Counted from the first letter of the stretch, positions 36,701 to 47,700 are shown. The stretch: 51,166 bases of DNA from Phoronis australis (GCA_002633005.1 NMRA01000366.1:393803-444968), one strand, 5' to 3'. Numbers and translations are program-made. The notes: a model not told the origin generated them from the letters alone.

Positions 36701-39700
36701 GAACTATGCACCAGTGAGGCACACCTGCCGAAGTAAGAAGATATATTTTAGTGTACATAGGATTCTGACTGAACTTGAGATTTCGCTTTAGGTGTAGAGA
36801 TAAGTTGTCTATACAGATCACCTTTAAATTCTTTTGATTTCAGAATACCACTTGTTATCCGTGCATTTAGTTTATGCTTGCATTTGTTGACTTATTTTAG
36901 TTTTGGAGGGGAAGTGTTTATTCATTAAATCAGTTAAAGCCCGAGAGAAAAAATAATTTGTATCAATGTTGTTACTCTCATTGAGTATGGCTTGGTCACA
37001 TACATGTACTACGTTAAGTTCTTCTTTGAGATCATGTGTTGACTGTTCAAACAATGGAGTATGTGTCTTAATGTGTTTGGGTACTCGAGCATCATGGTTT
37101 ATTTTGGTGTCTACACGAAGGTTGGACAGAGGTCAAATAGAGATGATAGTAGAATTGCAGCGTGAGACTGTGCAAGCATACTGGAATATATGGTTATTAA
37201 GTGAAGCACAGTGATCGGTAAATCTAGTGGAAAGAGTGATTTTAGGAAGGTGATGGTAGACTATCATTAAATCAAAAAAATCATAAAGTTTCATATTGGG
37301 GTTTAAGTTTATTAGGTCGATGTTGAAGTCACCCCACATAATTATTTCTTTGTTATATGAAAACAGATTGATTAGTTCAAGGATATATTCACTGAGGAAT
37401 AGATCGGCGTGCCTGAATTCATTTGCTTTGCGGGTGGTCAGTAAATATTAACAATTCCCAGACATGCACTTTTTTCCTTCCCATGAAGTAAAATTGCTAA
37501 AGATAATGACTTTTCTAATCTCCAAGTATTCCTTAACATACATGGTGAGACCCTCTACAGTAGAATACCCCAAAAGTTGAAAAAAACCCGGGTTATCATA
37601 TTCACTTAACCACCTTTCCTGGAGGCAAATGATGACAATATCCTAGTGTGGTTCGTGAAACAATGCTTGAAATTCTGAAAACTTGGAAGAGTATATTGTA
37701 TATTGACACTTAGTGCATGTATGCATAACTTGTGTTCATTGCACTTAGATAATTTTTGAAACCACTAGTATCATATTAAGGTGAACTGCCTACGTTGATG
37801 AAACTGTCTTCATCATTCAGTACCAGGTTGTCAATTATGTTGCAGTTGTCGTTTCCACCATAGGTGTTTAACACCTCATTGGAATCTAAAGACAAGTCAC
37901 CTGTCATGTTAACAAGTTCATTCATGGTGGACAAAATGTCACAACGGCACTGCTCTCAATGCCATGCCAAGTTGAAAACTGAATGCTTGCGGTCTACTAT
38001 TGAAACTAACGAAAATATAAATTCTTAACGTTTGTACCATCTAGACTAACTAACATCGAAAAACTACTACATAGTCATCAAGTGGGAAACTTAAAAACAT
38101 TAACATAATTGGTTGGATCACCCAGTGATTAAAGTAGGTTCTTAAGTTAATAGGCTCACAACATTGCGAGCCAGTCTGTTATTGATACATTACTTACTGC
38201 AATACCAAGAAAGTGGAAATACCGATGGATGTGATGGATGCTCAGAGTTTTGTAAACAAAACTTAATGACACAGTTAATCATTCCCCTGAAGGGTTTATC
38301 AGTTCATTCACATCTCCAAATCACTGTCTAGGTCTTGTCGTTGACTTTCATTTTCGCTGAACCATCTGTAACTTGAATCTTTCCGTTTTGTTTCAGCTGT
38401 TCACACTGAAAGAGTAGTTCTCTTTGCTTTTTTGTGAGGTATTTGTTGAGAAAAGTGCTGCAGCCTATTTCTTTTCTTTTATTAGAAAATTGTTGACGCG
38501 TTTTGTAGGTAGTAAATTTAACAATTCTTTCTCCAAGTTGATGAGTGTGGTAAAGGTCTTTTTCCGTGATGACGCTATTTAGGTTAGTTTGCAAACAATG
38601 TCTATACTGTCGTTCTCTGTTTTCTTGACGCCAGTAACCAGTAAACAGTTCCGACGGGAATACTGTTCTAGATCATCTAATTTCATCATTAGGCTATCAT
38701 ATTTGTCATTTTGGTTAGATTTCTTCGTGAAGCTGTGACACTTCGTAGTTTAGCTGGTCAATTTCCTAGGTTTCTTGGACATTACCTCAGCAATTTTTTT
38801 TGGATTTGTTAAAAAATTCTTCCCAAGTTTTTGAAAGTAGTACGCTCAGAATCATTTGTTGTAACTCGTCTCTGAAGGCGTCCGATTCCAACGTGGCAAA
38901 TAGAGCTGCTTTTTTTTTAGTCAACATTGTGCGTATCTGTGTTTGAAAGAATAAGACATAACAATGGTATTTCCCGCCATTGTTGTACAAGACTGGTAAA
39001 ACATGTGGTGTACTACAAAAGTTAAAAAAAAATTTCCTCAACATGTTCTTTTGATTTATATATCTCGCATTTTACCACACTTTACTCATGCTGTAACATG
39101 CTAGGGTTTCCACAACTGCCGTGGACTACAAGTATTACAAAAACGTGCTGTTCGAAGTATACCTCATCATACTTACTATAGCTCATACTGACACGTCATT
39201 TCGGTCTCTGAATCTTCTTTCTTTAAACGACATTTTTCTCATTTCCTGTCTAAAATTTATCTTTAAGTCTTGTAAGAAGCTCTTTCCCCATATTTCTCAG
39301 ATTTTCAGAATGATATCAATCTTGATTCATTCAAACAATAAAAAAATGTCCACTCAAGATACGCCGATTTTTGTGTAACACTTCCACCACTCAACCTACT
39401 ATTACCAATACCACTCACTCAAGCCAAGAGCCTCTGCAACTTTCTTCCAAAACTTATTAATTATTTGTTATATTATTTCACAAAACATAATTGAAAAGAT
39501 ATTTTACTCACTCCATTCACACCTTCTCAGCCACAAAAAATCACCTGTTACAAAACAATCTAGAAAAGTGCTCAATATCAAACTTCAGAATCTGTAAATC
39601 TCAGCATCACTAAACTTTAAAGATGTGTCGTCCCTATCACCCCTGATTCTCGTTTTCCTGCGCTGTGTAATTAAGTTCAATCATACAATCATATAGTTTT

Positions 39701-42454
39701 GTCTGCCTAGCCATTTTTATTCTTTTTGGTTCCTCTTTTACTTTGTAATGTGGTTTTTCATATAGTATAATGCATAACGTATTCAGTCCTTAAGTTTCTT
39801 TTTTGAGCCAACCATGTTAAAGTTTAGGTTATACAATTCTTAAATTAATATGTACCTTATTTTACTTTCTCCCATTACTGCATCGGTAGTTTATATTGTA
39901 ATCCCTAGACATTTGCCCCTGTACATATACGCATTTTATATTATCATAATCATTTTGTTGATACTCAACACAGGTTAATGTTTCACTCATGTAGTCAAAT
40001 AAATTTTTAACATGAGTACTTAGTTCATTTTTTGACTAACTACATGTATAGATATAGGTGGCTTTTATCCAAGCGGCTCCTTACCTTGTTTTGATATTTC
40101 TAAAGTAGTCAATCACTATTATACGCATACTCTTAGTAAAACTTTAGTTTAGTTGTTTACCTTCCGACTACTTCAAGTCCCACTCTTGTCACTTTAAGTT
40201 GCACTTGGAGAAAAGGAACGACTTGTGTAGACGCGTGACTATTTGTATTATAAATGGCTAAATAAACTGTCTGCCTGTCTGTCTGCTTGCCTGCCTGCCT
40301 GCCTATCTATCTACCTATCTATCTTTACTCTCTAGTGCCTTCAGTGTGATTCCCCGGGTATATGAGAGAATTTTGATTTTCAGAGACCAAATTCAAGTTT
40401 GCCGTTTTCACTAAAATGGCAACCGCATGTCCGCGTTCATATAAAACGACACCAAAAACTTTAAATGAAAATAGACCAACTGCCAGAAAAATACAACTTC
40501 AAAAGTGACAATCAAATTACGTCTAACTGGTACACATAATGTACTTCTTTCTGTGCAGGCAGCGACATCACCCCGTAATGTCGCACCCATAGCCAGCCGA
40601 GGGTTTCCGTGTTGCCTACAACTTCTGTGTTTCAGTCTGTATGATTCGGCCATTCGGAAAATAAAACCAAGTCAAGGTTTTAGGGATAATAATACAATAT
40701 TTGGTTTCATTTCATTTTGATTGATGTGAAAATTGACATTCACTTGTTTTAGGTATAGTTGTATAATAAAGCTACATTATCATAATTTAAAAGATTTTGT
40801 TCTTTTTTGAAAAATTGCTCATTCAGTTGTACCCACTATAATTCCAAATCGAATATTTGTTATCAAGTGGATCCTTTGATTGCTTGTCCTTTTGTCATCC
40901 ACCAGCATATCAACTTGTAATGCTATTATTATAGTGGGTGTCTGATCGCCCATCTTAATTACTTATCGTTATTGGTTCTCGGTTTAATGTAAACTTTATT
41001 AAACCTCACACATGCATATTTTCTATGATTATTTCGCACTCTTAGCACTGTATACAGAATGTATTCAAATTATTATATGTTTCACAGAGATGATTAAACT
41101 TTCAGAAATTATTTCTGAATCTTGCTGCGTATTTACCAAATCCCTAACTGGTCTAGACTTGTATTGGGTACACTACGGTGTAAATTGTATGCAAACTTTT
41201 CTCTCAGTCAGCTTTTTGAACTGTAATTCACCTGCAGGATTTACCATCAGTAATTTGTCTACAGAATAGAATCATGTAAACTTTAGATACATATTTGGCA
41301 ATGACAGCGACGATTCCATTAGATTTCACTTTCCAATCAGGTAACCTTCAGTAACAGAATTTAGCACAAATTAATTAACAACTGAGCCTGCGACTGGACT
41401 GCTCGACCAAGTATGCGTTTACATGGCTTTTCAAGAAGCAACATCAACATCTTGACGTAATCAGTTGTCAATGTATACAACGAGAGGCTGAAGTCAGTGA
41501 CACCTGTTGTGCGGCATGCAGCAATAGCCCCATTCTACAAATTATTTCTGTTGACACATGCAGACAGTTCCTGGATCCGTTTCATAAAAGCAAAGATTTT
41601 ATAGTTACCAGTACCTTTGATAAAAAGACTAAAAGACAGAATCTCAGTCTTACGCTCCCATTTCACGATTGCTGGTATAAAGTCAAGTAATTATTAACTC
41701 ATCACTGTCGAAAACTAATTTACAAAAAATTTTCAGTAACTAGCAGTGACGTGTATTTTCTCATATAATTTTGCTCAGGTGAGTTTGAACTATTTTTCCG
41801 TACCTGGAGCGAAAGACCAAATTCCTTTCTCAAATCTTAAGTCACGCTGGACTTAACTTCTCATTTTGATTTTGAAATAAACATATAAAATGTTGACACA
41901 CGTGTGCATGAGGGAAGAATTCAATTGTCTTCACCATAATCCAGAGCGCAGCATGTGAATTCTTCACCCATTAATCCCAAATTCGGGCATTATGCAGAGA
42001 AAGTGAACACGACCATTTGATGATTCAGACAGGTATACTACATGGGTCCCAAATACTACGGGCATGATATTTTTATTAGCCCGGCGCACCATCACAGCTA
42101 CCGAAGGCGTGAGGAAAGCGTGAGGGAAGCGCGAGAAAAGCGTGAGGAAAGAGTGAGGAAGGCGTTAACCACACCGGAGGCAAGCAAGAGAGGTACCCGT
42201 AGAGTAGGCTCAGACGACCTTGACTGATTTCTCTCACGCCTGTGTTCTGGTTGCGCTCCGGTCTAGCCAGGCGTAAGGGAGACCAGAGGAAGTCTAATAA
42301 TTCGGTGGCTGTACTGTAATGCGATTAACTCAACACACTGAGCTTCAGAAGGATGTCGTGTAGATCATCTGGCACAGTAACTTACATTTTGCCGGGAATT
42401 TTCTGCCGTTCTGTTTAGATGCTTCTGGTCATCAACACTGTGTGACAGATTCAT
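21748..42454 (-). CDS. OXNAD1: Oxidoreductase NAD-binding domain-containing protein 1-like (FNR-family FAD/NAD oxidoreductase)
   Basis: Exons 42386-42476 (..MNLSHSVDDQKHLNRTAENSRQN; in-frame ATG at 42454, true start may be further upstream), 27798-27910 (FSFKAGQW), either 26306-26447 or 25707-25848, 24496-24720 (LLIAGGVGINP), 22331-22427, and 21748-21914 (YICGPSSM...HYEKWW*). GT-AG and phase-consistent; the C-terminal EKWW and the other motifs match OXNAD1 as I recall it. Confidence 0.9.
23025..23390. repeat. Degenerate (GACA/GGACA)n microsatellite with an internal ~127-bp duplication
   Basis: GGCAAAACTAGAAGACAGATGATGCACAAATAGACAGTGGACAG... occurs at ~23040 and ~23167. The low-complexity ORFs here are repeat artefacts. 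Confidence 0.85.
23441..24215. mobile_element. MITE-like element with C-rich/G-rich inverted ends
   Basis: Left TTCTAAAACCCC..ACCCCATGACCCACAATCCCCTTGACCC mirrors right GGGTCAAGGGGGTCGTGGGG..GGGGTTTTAGAA. Boundaries approximate. Confidence 0.55.
25707..25848 (-). CDS. OXNAD1: OXNAD1 alternative exon B (142 bp), paralogous to exon A
   Basis: Acceptor ttgttgttttag, donor gtgtga; encodes VDFFIPGTATVGGYSMCSTPGLVLSKRTLELAVKFSNHPPAFWVHKK. This frame is absent from the ORF track. Confidence 0.85.
26306..26447 (-). CDS. OXNAD1: OXNAD1 alternative exon A (142 bp)
   Basis: Acceptor ttgttttag, donor gtactt; encodes VDFFIPGVKIFTGYSMLSSPDCLCRHGTLELAVKNSDYPPTAWVHTK with no stops. Confidence 0.85.
26791..27458. 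mobile_element. Non-autonomous TA-flanked TIR element (Tc1/mariner-pogo-like)
   Basis: Left TA|AGGTGTTTTCTCTAA, right TTAGAGAAAACATCG|TA; several internal TAGTTCRTAC-like subterminal motifs. Confidence 0.55.
28310..28996 (+). mobile_element. Candidate solo LTR
   Basis: Starts TGT, ends CGTGACA; TATAAAT near 28554, AATAAA near 28890, and internal repeats (ATGCAGTCTGGAATATTCTAGAGACTAGTACA x2; AGATCAAGTCAGTTC x3). No TSD found. Confidence 0.45.
30055..32255 (+). mobile_element. Degenerate hAT DNA transposon (2.2 kb) with perfect 15-bp TIRs and 5-bp TSD (TTATG)
   Basis: CAGTGGCGGATCTAC...GTAGATCCGCCACTG, with TTATG at 30050-30054 and 32256-32260. The + strand at 31141-31410 reads, across stops and a frameshift, LVAHVSLLNGL..KRDADNVEAYKLIDTAVDEMKAL..WVEWFQD../IPRQSRQQQDRTNVPGETP, resembling PRKRIR/ZMYM1-type hAT transposases. 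Confidence 0.85.
33390..34534. mobile_element. PIF/Harbinger-like non-autonomous TIR element
   Basis: Perfect 26-bp TIR CAGCCGATTTCATAAAGGTGGTTTAA; 3-bp flanks TTT/TTT; repeated AGACCAGGTTTAA/AACCTGGTTT subterminal motifs. The superfamily call is an inference from TIR style and the 3-bp flank. Confidence 0.7.
33769..33921. mobile_element. 153-bp hAT-like MITE with 5-bp TSD (CGTAG), nested in the Harbinger-like element
   Basis: CAGGGGCGGATCCA...TGGATCCGCCTATG; CGTAG at 33764-33768 and 33922-33926. Confidence 0.85.
34904..35470 (+). CDS. RBBP9: RBBP9-like alpha/beta serine hydrolase, single coding exon, 188 aa
   Basis: NMPDP, IGHSSGA (nucleophile elbow), AAMRYAET, IVLVSAY.SDLG, SGY..RPW.WEK, DDP and GHF are collinear with human RBBP9 as I recall it. 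A splice acceptor (ttttag, ending 34890) just upstream favours ATG 34904 over 34862. Confidence 0.92.
   Translation: MDSKIKVVILPGVGRGDVSVRCWYKSVAEELRKRVGLTVKLENMPDPEGAHEAIWLDFMEKSLKCDQNTVVIGHSSGAEAAMRYAETRRLKGIVLVSAYVSDLGLDVDRESGYHNRPWEWEKTRSNTEFIIQFASDDDPLIEYEEQEEVAHNLKTELYAYDDKGHFITAEFPELVDVVSQRLNKLKAV
36870..38930 (-). mobile_element. Degenerate CR1/L2-like LINE, ORF1 and endonuclease portion
   Basis: ORF1 remnants LDDLEQYSRRNCLLVTGV, RIVKFTTYKTR and FLNKYLTKKQRELLFQ; APE remnants WGDFNIDL and TRFTDHCASLNNHIF; many stops and frameshifts. Boundaries approximate. Confidence 0.8.
39050..40325 (+). mobile_element. 3' end of a CR1/L2-like LINE with microsatellite tail
   Basis: AHTDTSFRSLNLLSLNDIF..CLKFIFK resembles the post-RT C-terminus of LINE ORF2; AATAAA at 40261 is followed by a (CTGT/CTGC/CTAT)n tail. 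Confidence 0.6.
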
Positions 42455-43185
42455 GTGAAGGTATCTGGTGGATACTCTACAAACACATTCAACTTAATAT
42501 AACATCCATTGTAAAGAGGTTGCACTATACTCAAGTTTCGTTTGTCTCATCTCTAAAATCCAAAGTCCAAAAAGAATCAATCAACAAGTCCACTTGGTGA
42601 CATAACCGACAGCTCAAGGTCCATAGCACACCAGAGGGCACTAGTTGATAAGAGGCAGGCCCTTTATATCAAAGGTCATAACATATAAATAGATAAAACC
42701 ATTTTGTCACTTTCATGAACCATATGCCAGTCAGAGATACAGTGTTACCACTCAACTGGGAGTACAACTTGTGAAGTTGACTGAGATAACAAACCTCTAT
42801 CTGGTTCTTAAACAAAATGTTAACACAGCAACTTGTTGGCTTTCACCAGAAATAGACATTCTTAAGAGAAAATTTAATAGCCCCGTTAGACCAGCAGGGT
42901 TGAGCGACATCAAGGTTAGCACCGTAACATGGTACACCTATGGTACTACCACATCAGTGCTGCCACCTTAGAAGTCTTGGAATGATTGATCTGAGAAAAA
43001 AGTGAACAAAATAACAACCAACAAATGATTAATGTCATTAAAAATTACCCTCCTTAAGCAAGCAAGCATGGTTACCAGCGCAAAAACGTCGCCGTAATTC
43101 CATTAGTCTAGCTTAAGTACCACGTAATGACAAGTCCATGTATTCAGCAAAATATCCACAGTAAAATTGCAAATTTTCTGAAGGT

Positions 43186-43452
43186 AGGCACTTTAGGCAT
43201 AGAGCGCCGTTGATGTCTTTAACTCTTCCCAGCTCAAATAAATACTCCCACAATCAAACTTTATTTTTGAACGGTCCTGTGTTCAGTTGCCCAAATCGTT
43301 ATATCTGCTGGAGCGAACAATGTAAAAATGGTCAGTTACTGATTTCGGCCGCTTAACGAAGGACTGTTTGAAAACAAGTTTTTTGTGGGAGTATTTGTTC
43401 GAGCTACAAAGAGTTAAAGACATCAATGACCTCCTATGCCTTGAGTATCCCT
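43186..43452. mobile_element. Palindromic MITE (~265 bp hairpin); a partial diverged copy lies at ~43795-43910
   Basis: AGGCATAGAG..TTGATGTCTTTAACTCTT..AATACTCCCACAA..AACTT pairs with AAGTT..TTGTGGGAGTATT..AAGAGTTAAAGACATCAA..CTATGCCT. Confidence 0.7.
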
Positions 43453-44819
43453 CCATGCGCAAATACGGTACTTACAGCAATGTGATTTTGACGGTTTAAT
43501 AAGTGTGAAGCACAATTCATCATGAAGCCTACAGCGTAAGGAAGGCCTATGCGATGACCACCATCTCTACTGCTGCCAGGTGAGACGGTGGTACTATCTA
43601 CCACAGCTGGCACACTGGTGACTGCAGCATCTAGGTATAGGGCTAAACACTATATGGGCAGGGACCACCATCTCGAACTGGCCCCAGTAGAAATGGTGAA
43701 ACTCGTATAGGAGCTTCATACGCCAGTAGCTTTTCGGTGAATTGCGCCTCACACTGATTAAAACATCAAAGTCACGTAGTAATAACTACCATTTGCACAT
43801 AGAGGGACAACTTTGGAGGACGTCGATGCCTTTAATTCCTTCCAACTCGAAGAAATAATCCTGTAATCAAACTTTTTCTTCGAGCAGTCTTTCGTTCACT
43901 TGACCAAACCCGCTACTGGCCATTTTACACTATGCGTGTTCCTATTTCTACCACATCCGCCTGGAGCGTGGGCAATGTTGGCTCCTATAGGAGCTTTATC
44001 GTCTCTACTAGGGCGAACTAGAGTTGTAGAGACGGTGGTCACTGTGTAGGCCCTAGATAGCCTTAGCGCAAAGTTGTATACTAAATATAAAGCTTTGCAC
44101 CAATGTGGGTAAAAAATGACCAGATAAAATCTGAGACAAAATGATTGTCATTAAAAATACATTTTTCCTTGAGTGAGTAAACTAAATTATTTACCGGTGT
44201 TAGAAAAATTGCCGTTCTACCGTTATTCATTTCTGCGGCTAAAATTGTGGCGCGATGTTTTGCTTCAGCTTTTGACGCCATAAATATTGCGCCACCTTTT
44301 GGCTAGTTTCTTTTTTTACCGATTCTTTAATCAACTGTTGTTCTTTCATGAGGTTGCGTGCATGTCGCAACAAATTATCAGCACTGGTTTCACTTCATTA
44401 CAACTTTTTAGAATTTTGGTGTGAATACAAGCAAACAAAATTCAGAACAAATTTTGCTGCTGTGAAGTTGTCATAATCTTCCGGAGATGTCGCAAAAATT
44501 TAGGAAATGGTGCCTGCGCATGTCACAAGCGTACTTTTTTCAAAACAACCAGACTTAATTCCTTTGTTACAAATTGCAGAGAATTACGCAAGAAAATGAC
44601 GTTTATTAGAACATTTTTCACAGGCATGGTGAGCGTCAGTTGGTGTACGGATTTTGCATGCACCGCCACCGTCTCTAGTTGAACTATGGACTGTACTACG
44701 ATCGGCACTAGTCAGATATAATGGACCCTAACTTATTCCAAATAAATCCACTACATGTAGGTCCAAATGAATGACTTCGGTATCGTTGCGTTCCTAAGAC
44801 ATCTGGCTATCCGTACAAA

Positions 44820-45839
44820 CATAGGCGGATTTAGGGGGGGGGCCCAGGGGGCCCGGGCCCCCCCCCCTTGGCTGCCGCAAAAAAATAAAACAGTAAGAGC
44901 GTAGGGAAATGTTGAGTTTATTAATAAACCCCTGTAATTAAAATTTTACGGATGAAAAAAGATTTAAATGTGTGCAGTTTTAGTGTGTGTGTGGGGGGGG
45001 GGGCTCAAATCCAATTTCAAGTGTCAAATTCGGAACACGGCGCATTCGTAACGGAACTATGGTTAAATATACTAGGCTCTCCCGCGATATCCCAGGCGAC
45101 CGGCAGTGGCGCTGCGCACTACGACTCCGTTTCCGTCGTCTGCTCCACTGTGCAATGAAGAAAATTTACTTCATTTTTTAAAGAAAATGGAACCTGAATG
45201 ACGATGAAAAAACAGAAGCTGCTGGTAAGATGTGAATTTTAATCGAAGCCTTAGTGAATCACTCAGAAACTCGCAATACTCTCTTTGTCAAATCTTATCT
45301 TAAGACGATTTCCAAAGCAATGCCGTCATTATTGCCAACACGAAAAATGGATTTGGTCTTTTGAGTACTATTTTAAATACGACAAATTTGTTAAGAATTG
45401 ATGGCACAAAATATAAAACGTGTAATAAGCATTACAAAAAGACGTAGGTTTCGCGCGCAAACGCTGTGGACCATAAACAAGTAGGTCTCTTAGAAAGAGT
45501 ATTGTAGTTAAGTCGTGGTGGTGTAGTGGTAACGCACGTGCATTATGCGCAAGGTCGTGAGTTCGAGTCTTTGGTAATTCCAGTTTTTCCTCTTTGGCAC
45601 GTTCTTTTCTTTTTTTTTTGCCTTTTTTCTTGGATAATACTTCAGGAATCAAGGAAAATGCTTGATTTTTAGAGGTAAAAACAGAAAAATTTCCTGGGCG
45701 GGAGGGGGGCAAACCCCCCTCCCGACCTCCCCCCATTCGGTGCCATGCGCATCTACAATCGTGGTTCAGTTTGCGCAAATGCTTACAGCCGGACAAAATG
45801 TTGGGCCCCCCCCCTTGTGATATCCTAGATCCGCCACTG
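44820..45839. mobile_element. 1020-bp hAT-like non-autonomous element with 5-bp TSD (ACAAA)
   Basis: CATAGGCGGATTTAGG...CCTAGATCCGCCACTG; ACAAA at 44815-44819 and 45840-45844. The uninterrupted opposite foldback arm has a single TTTGT. Confidence 0.9.
45511..45590 (+). other. tRNA-derived / Pol III promoter-like segment (not a complete tRNA)
   Basis: A-box TGGTGTAGTGG (45519-45529) and B-box GTTCGAGTC (45561-45569) at tRNA-like spacing, followed by T-runs. The acceptor stem does not pair. Confidence 0.55.
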
Positions 45840-47079
45840 ACAAATCCTTTTCACGACCCTCAATTACTCTAGTCTATAAACTACCCCATTCCGAACTCGG
45901 TCCACTTTAGCCACGCACATCGTGAAATCGGCAGCCATTTCAGGGAACTTCCTATATCTAGCGCAATCTATCGGCGATTTGCTACAACACGCGCTGTTCC
46001 TTTTTCATCAGTCAACATGGATGACGATAACATAACGATAACAGATACGATCGTGAGAGAGAGACGACGAAGGTGATGACAAGAGCAGACGTAACAATGA
46101 TTAATAACGATGACGTTAATAATTGAAGAAATCGACCAATGACAATACGATCGTGAGAGAGACGATGAAGGTGATGACGAGAGCAGACGTAACGATGATT
46201 AATAACGATGACGATAATAATTGACGAAATTGACCAATGATGTTGACTGATGAAAAAGGAACAGCACGTGTTGAAGCAAATCGCCAATAGATGGCGCCAG
46301 ATATAGTAAGTTCCCTGAAATGGCTGCCGATTTCACGATGCGTGTGGCTAAAGTGGACCGAATTCGGAATAGCGTAGCTATAGACTAGAGTAACTGAGGG
46401 TCGTGAAAAGGATTTGTACGGATAGCCAGATGTCTGAGGAATGCAACGATACCAAAATCAGTCATTTAGATCTACATTTAGTGGATTTATTTGGAATAAG
46501 TTAGGGTCCATTATATCCGACTAGTGTCCTGTAGTCCAACTAGTTACTACTAGAGTCGAGACGTCGGTCACTGTCTAGCAAGGCCCAAGAGTGTGTCGGA
46601 TTAAAAAGAATGCTGATGATGTCCTTGTACCTGCGTCCAGTTTGAAGAGTATTGAAACAATAACACAAAGCATCAAATCTACCATTCCGTTTCAATGGTA
46701 ACACGTAATGTCTTATAAATCTTAGGTCACACCTCATCGAGACTCATTCCCAGCGCGCTCAAAATAATCAAATGCCGGGAAATAAGTCTCTTTTTTGTTT
46801 CTATCTATGAAGACCTCCAATAGTTTAGTAAATTGTTAATAGATGGCAATGCTATATGTACTATGAATGGACGGCGCACGAAAACACATAGTAGAGATCT
46901 AGTGGTAATATCCTGTCACGGCGTACCGAGGTGTTCCTTTAAGGCAGGTCCACAACCTATCACCAACAAATCATAACGGCGCCCGCCACCGCAAGAGCCC
47001 TGTATTTGGGTATGGGGTATCGCCCAGGTAGCCTTGGTCCAACATGGGCGGTACACCATAGGGGGCTGGGGGAGCACAG

Positions 47080-47362
47080 TTGTAGTTGTACGGAGCTGAT
47101 GGACTAGTTCGATCTGCAACTATCACTACCAGCAAAGGCAAATCCACAAGCAGATCGATCACAAAACTTTATCCATTGGAAGTTAGGACTACTACAGAAG
47201 AACCACGAGAGCCAATTAACGACATTACTCTTCGACCAGTACGTAATGCTGCGAGGAAAGCATTAGACAACATAAAAGCAATCCATTACATGGAAAACGC
47301 TGAAAACCCTGGCTAAATATTCAGCTTTCTTGCGGTGCGGGAGTGTCATGAAATCCGTGACA
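47080..47362 (+). mobile_element. BEL/Pao LTR retrotransposon 3' fragment (pol C-terminus, PPT and start of LTR)
   Basis: YGADGLVRSATITTSKGKSTSRSITKLYPLEV is typical of the BEL/Pao post-integrase domain. The stop is followed by GCGGTGCGGGAG and then TGT (candidate LTR start). Confidence 0.75.
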
Positions 47363-47439
47363 TTCATTATATATATATATATTACTTAGTACGTTAGTCT
47401 GATAGTATTATTGATATTATTTCTTTGCTAGCCAATTGT

Positions 47440-47690
47440 TTGTGTTTATAGGTGGCTTGGGCTGACAGGGTCTGAGCAGCCATAGTCCACAATAACTTTG
47501 GCGTGAACACAACACCAAGATACTTGTAGCTGGCATGGAAATCACTTCGAGTTTTTCACCTCCAAAATACCACATCTCGCAATTTCTAAACACCATAACT
47601 GTGGTCTTCACTAAATTTACAGACACGCTCCATTCCTGGCAGAACTTATTTAAAGCACACAGTAGTTTTTGCAGTTTAACTGGAGATTAA
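47440..47690 (-). mobile_element. LINE reverse-transcriptase C-terminal fragment
   Basis: LQKLLCALNKFCQEWSVSVNLVKTTVMVFR..WYFGGEKLEV, followed in another frame by YKYLGV; matches non-LTR RT domains 6-7. Confidence 0.7.
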
Positions 47691-47700
47691 GTACACAAAC

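Larger units (their letters stand above)
36012..42316. mobile_element. 6.3-kb TA-flanked TIR element (Tc1/mariner-like ends) enclosing LINE fragments
   Basis: TA|CAGTACAGCCACTGAATTATTAGACTTTCTCCGGTCT matches the reverse complement of AGACCAGAGGAAGTCTAATAATTCGGTGGCTGTACTG|TA (~37 bp, 3 mismatches). GCGTGA motifs cluster near both ends. Confidence 0.75.
44706..46526. mobile_element. Foldback element with ~290-bp inverted arms; left arm split by a hAT-like insertion
   Basis: Left arm 44706-44819 plus 45845-46018 is the reverse complement of ~46240-46526. The spacer holds two ~100-bp tandem copies (from ~46045 and ~46145). Weaker symmetry extends ~45 bp further out. Confidence 0.85.

Noticed and set aside
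42794-42990. Further upstream coding exon of OXNAD1
   Set aside because: It has plausible AG/GT ends, but the frame that would join exon 42386-42476 has a TAG just before the donor; at most a 5'UTR exon.
44081-44281. ORF MASKAEAKHRATILAAEMNNGRT as the OXNAD1 first exon
   Set aside because: It lies among repeat elements, its candidate donor (CCG|GTAAAT) is phase 0 whereas phase 2 is needed, and it has no recognisable OXNAD1 similarity.
45511-45582. Functional tRNA gene
   Set aside because: Acceptor and anticodon stems cannot be paired convincingly; kept only as a tRNA-like segment.
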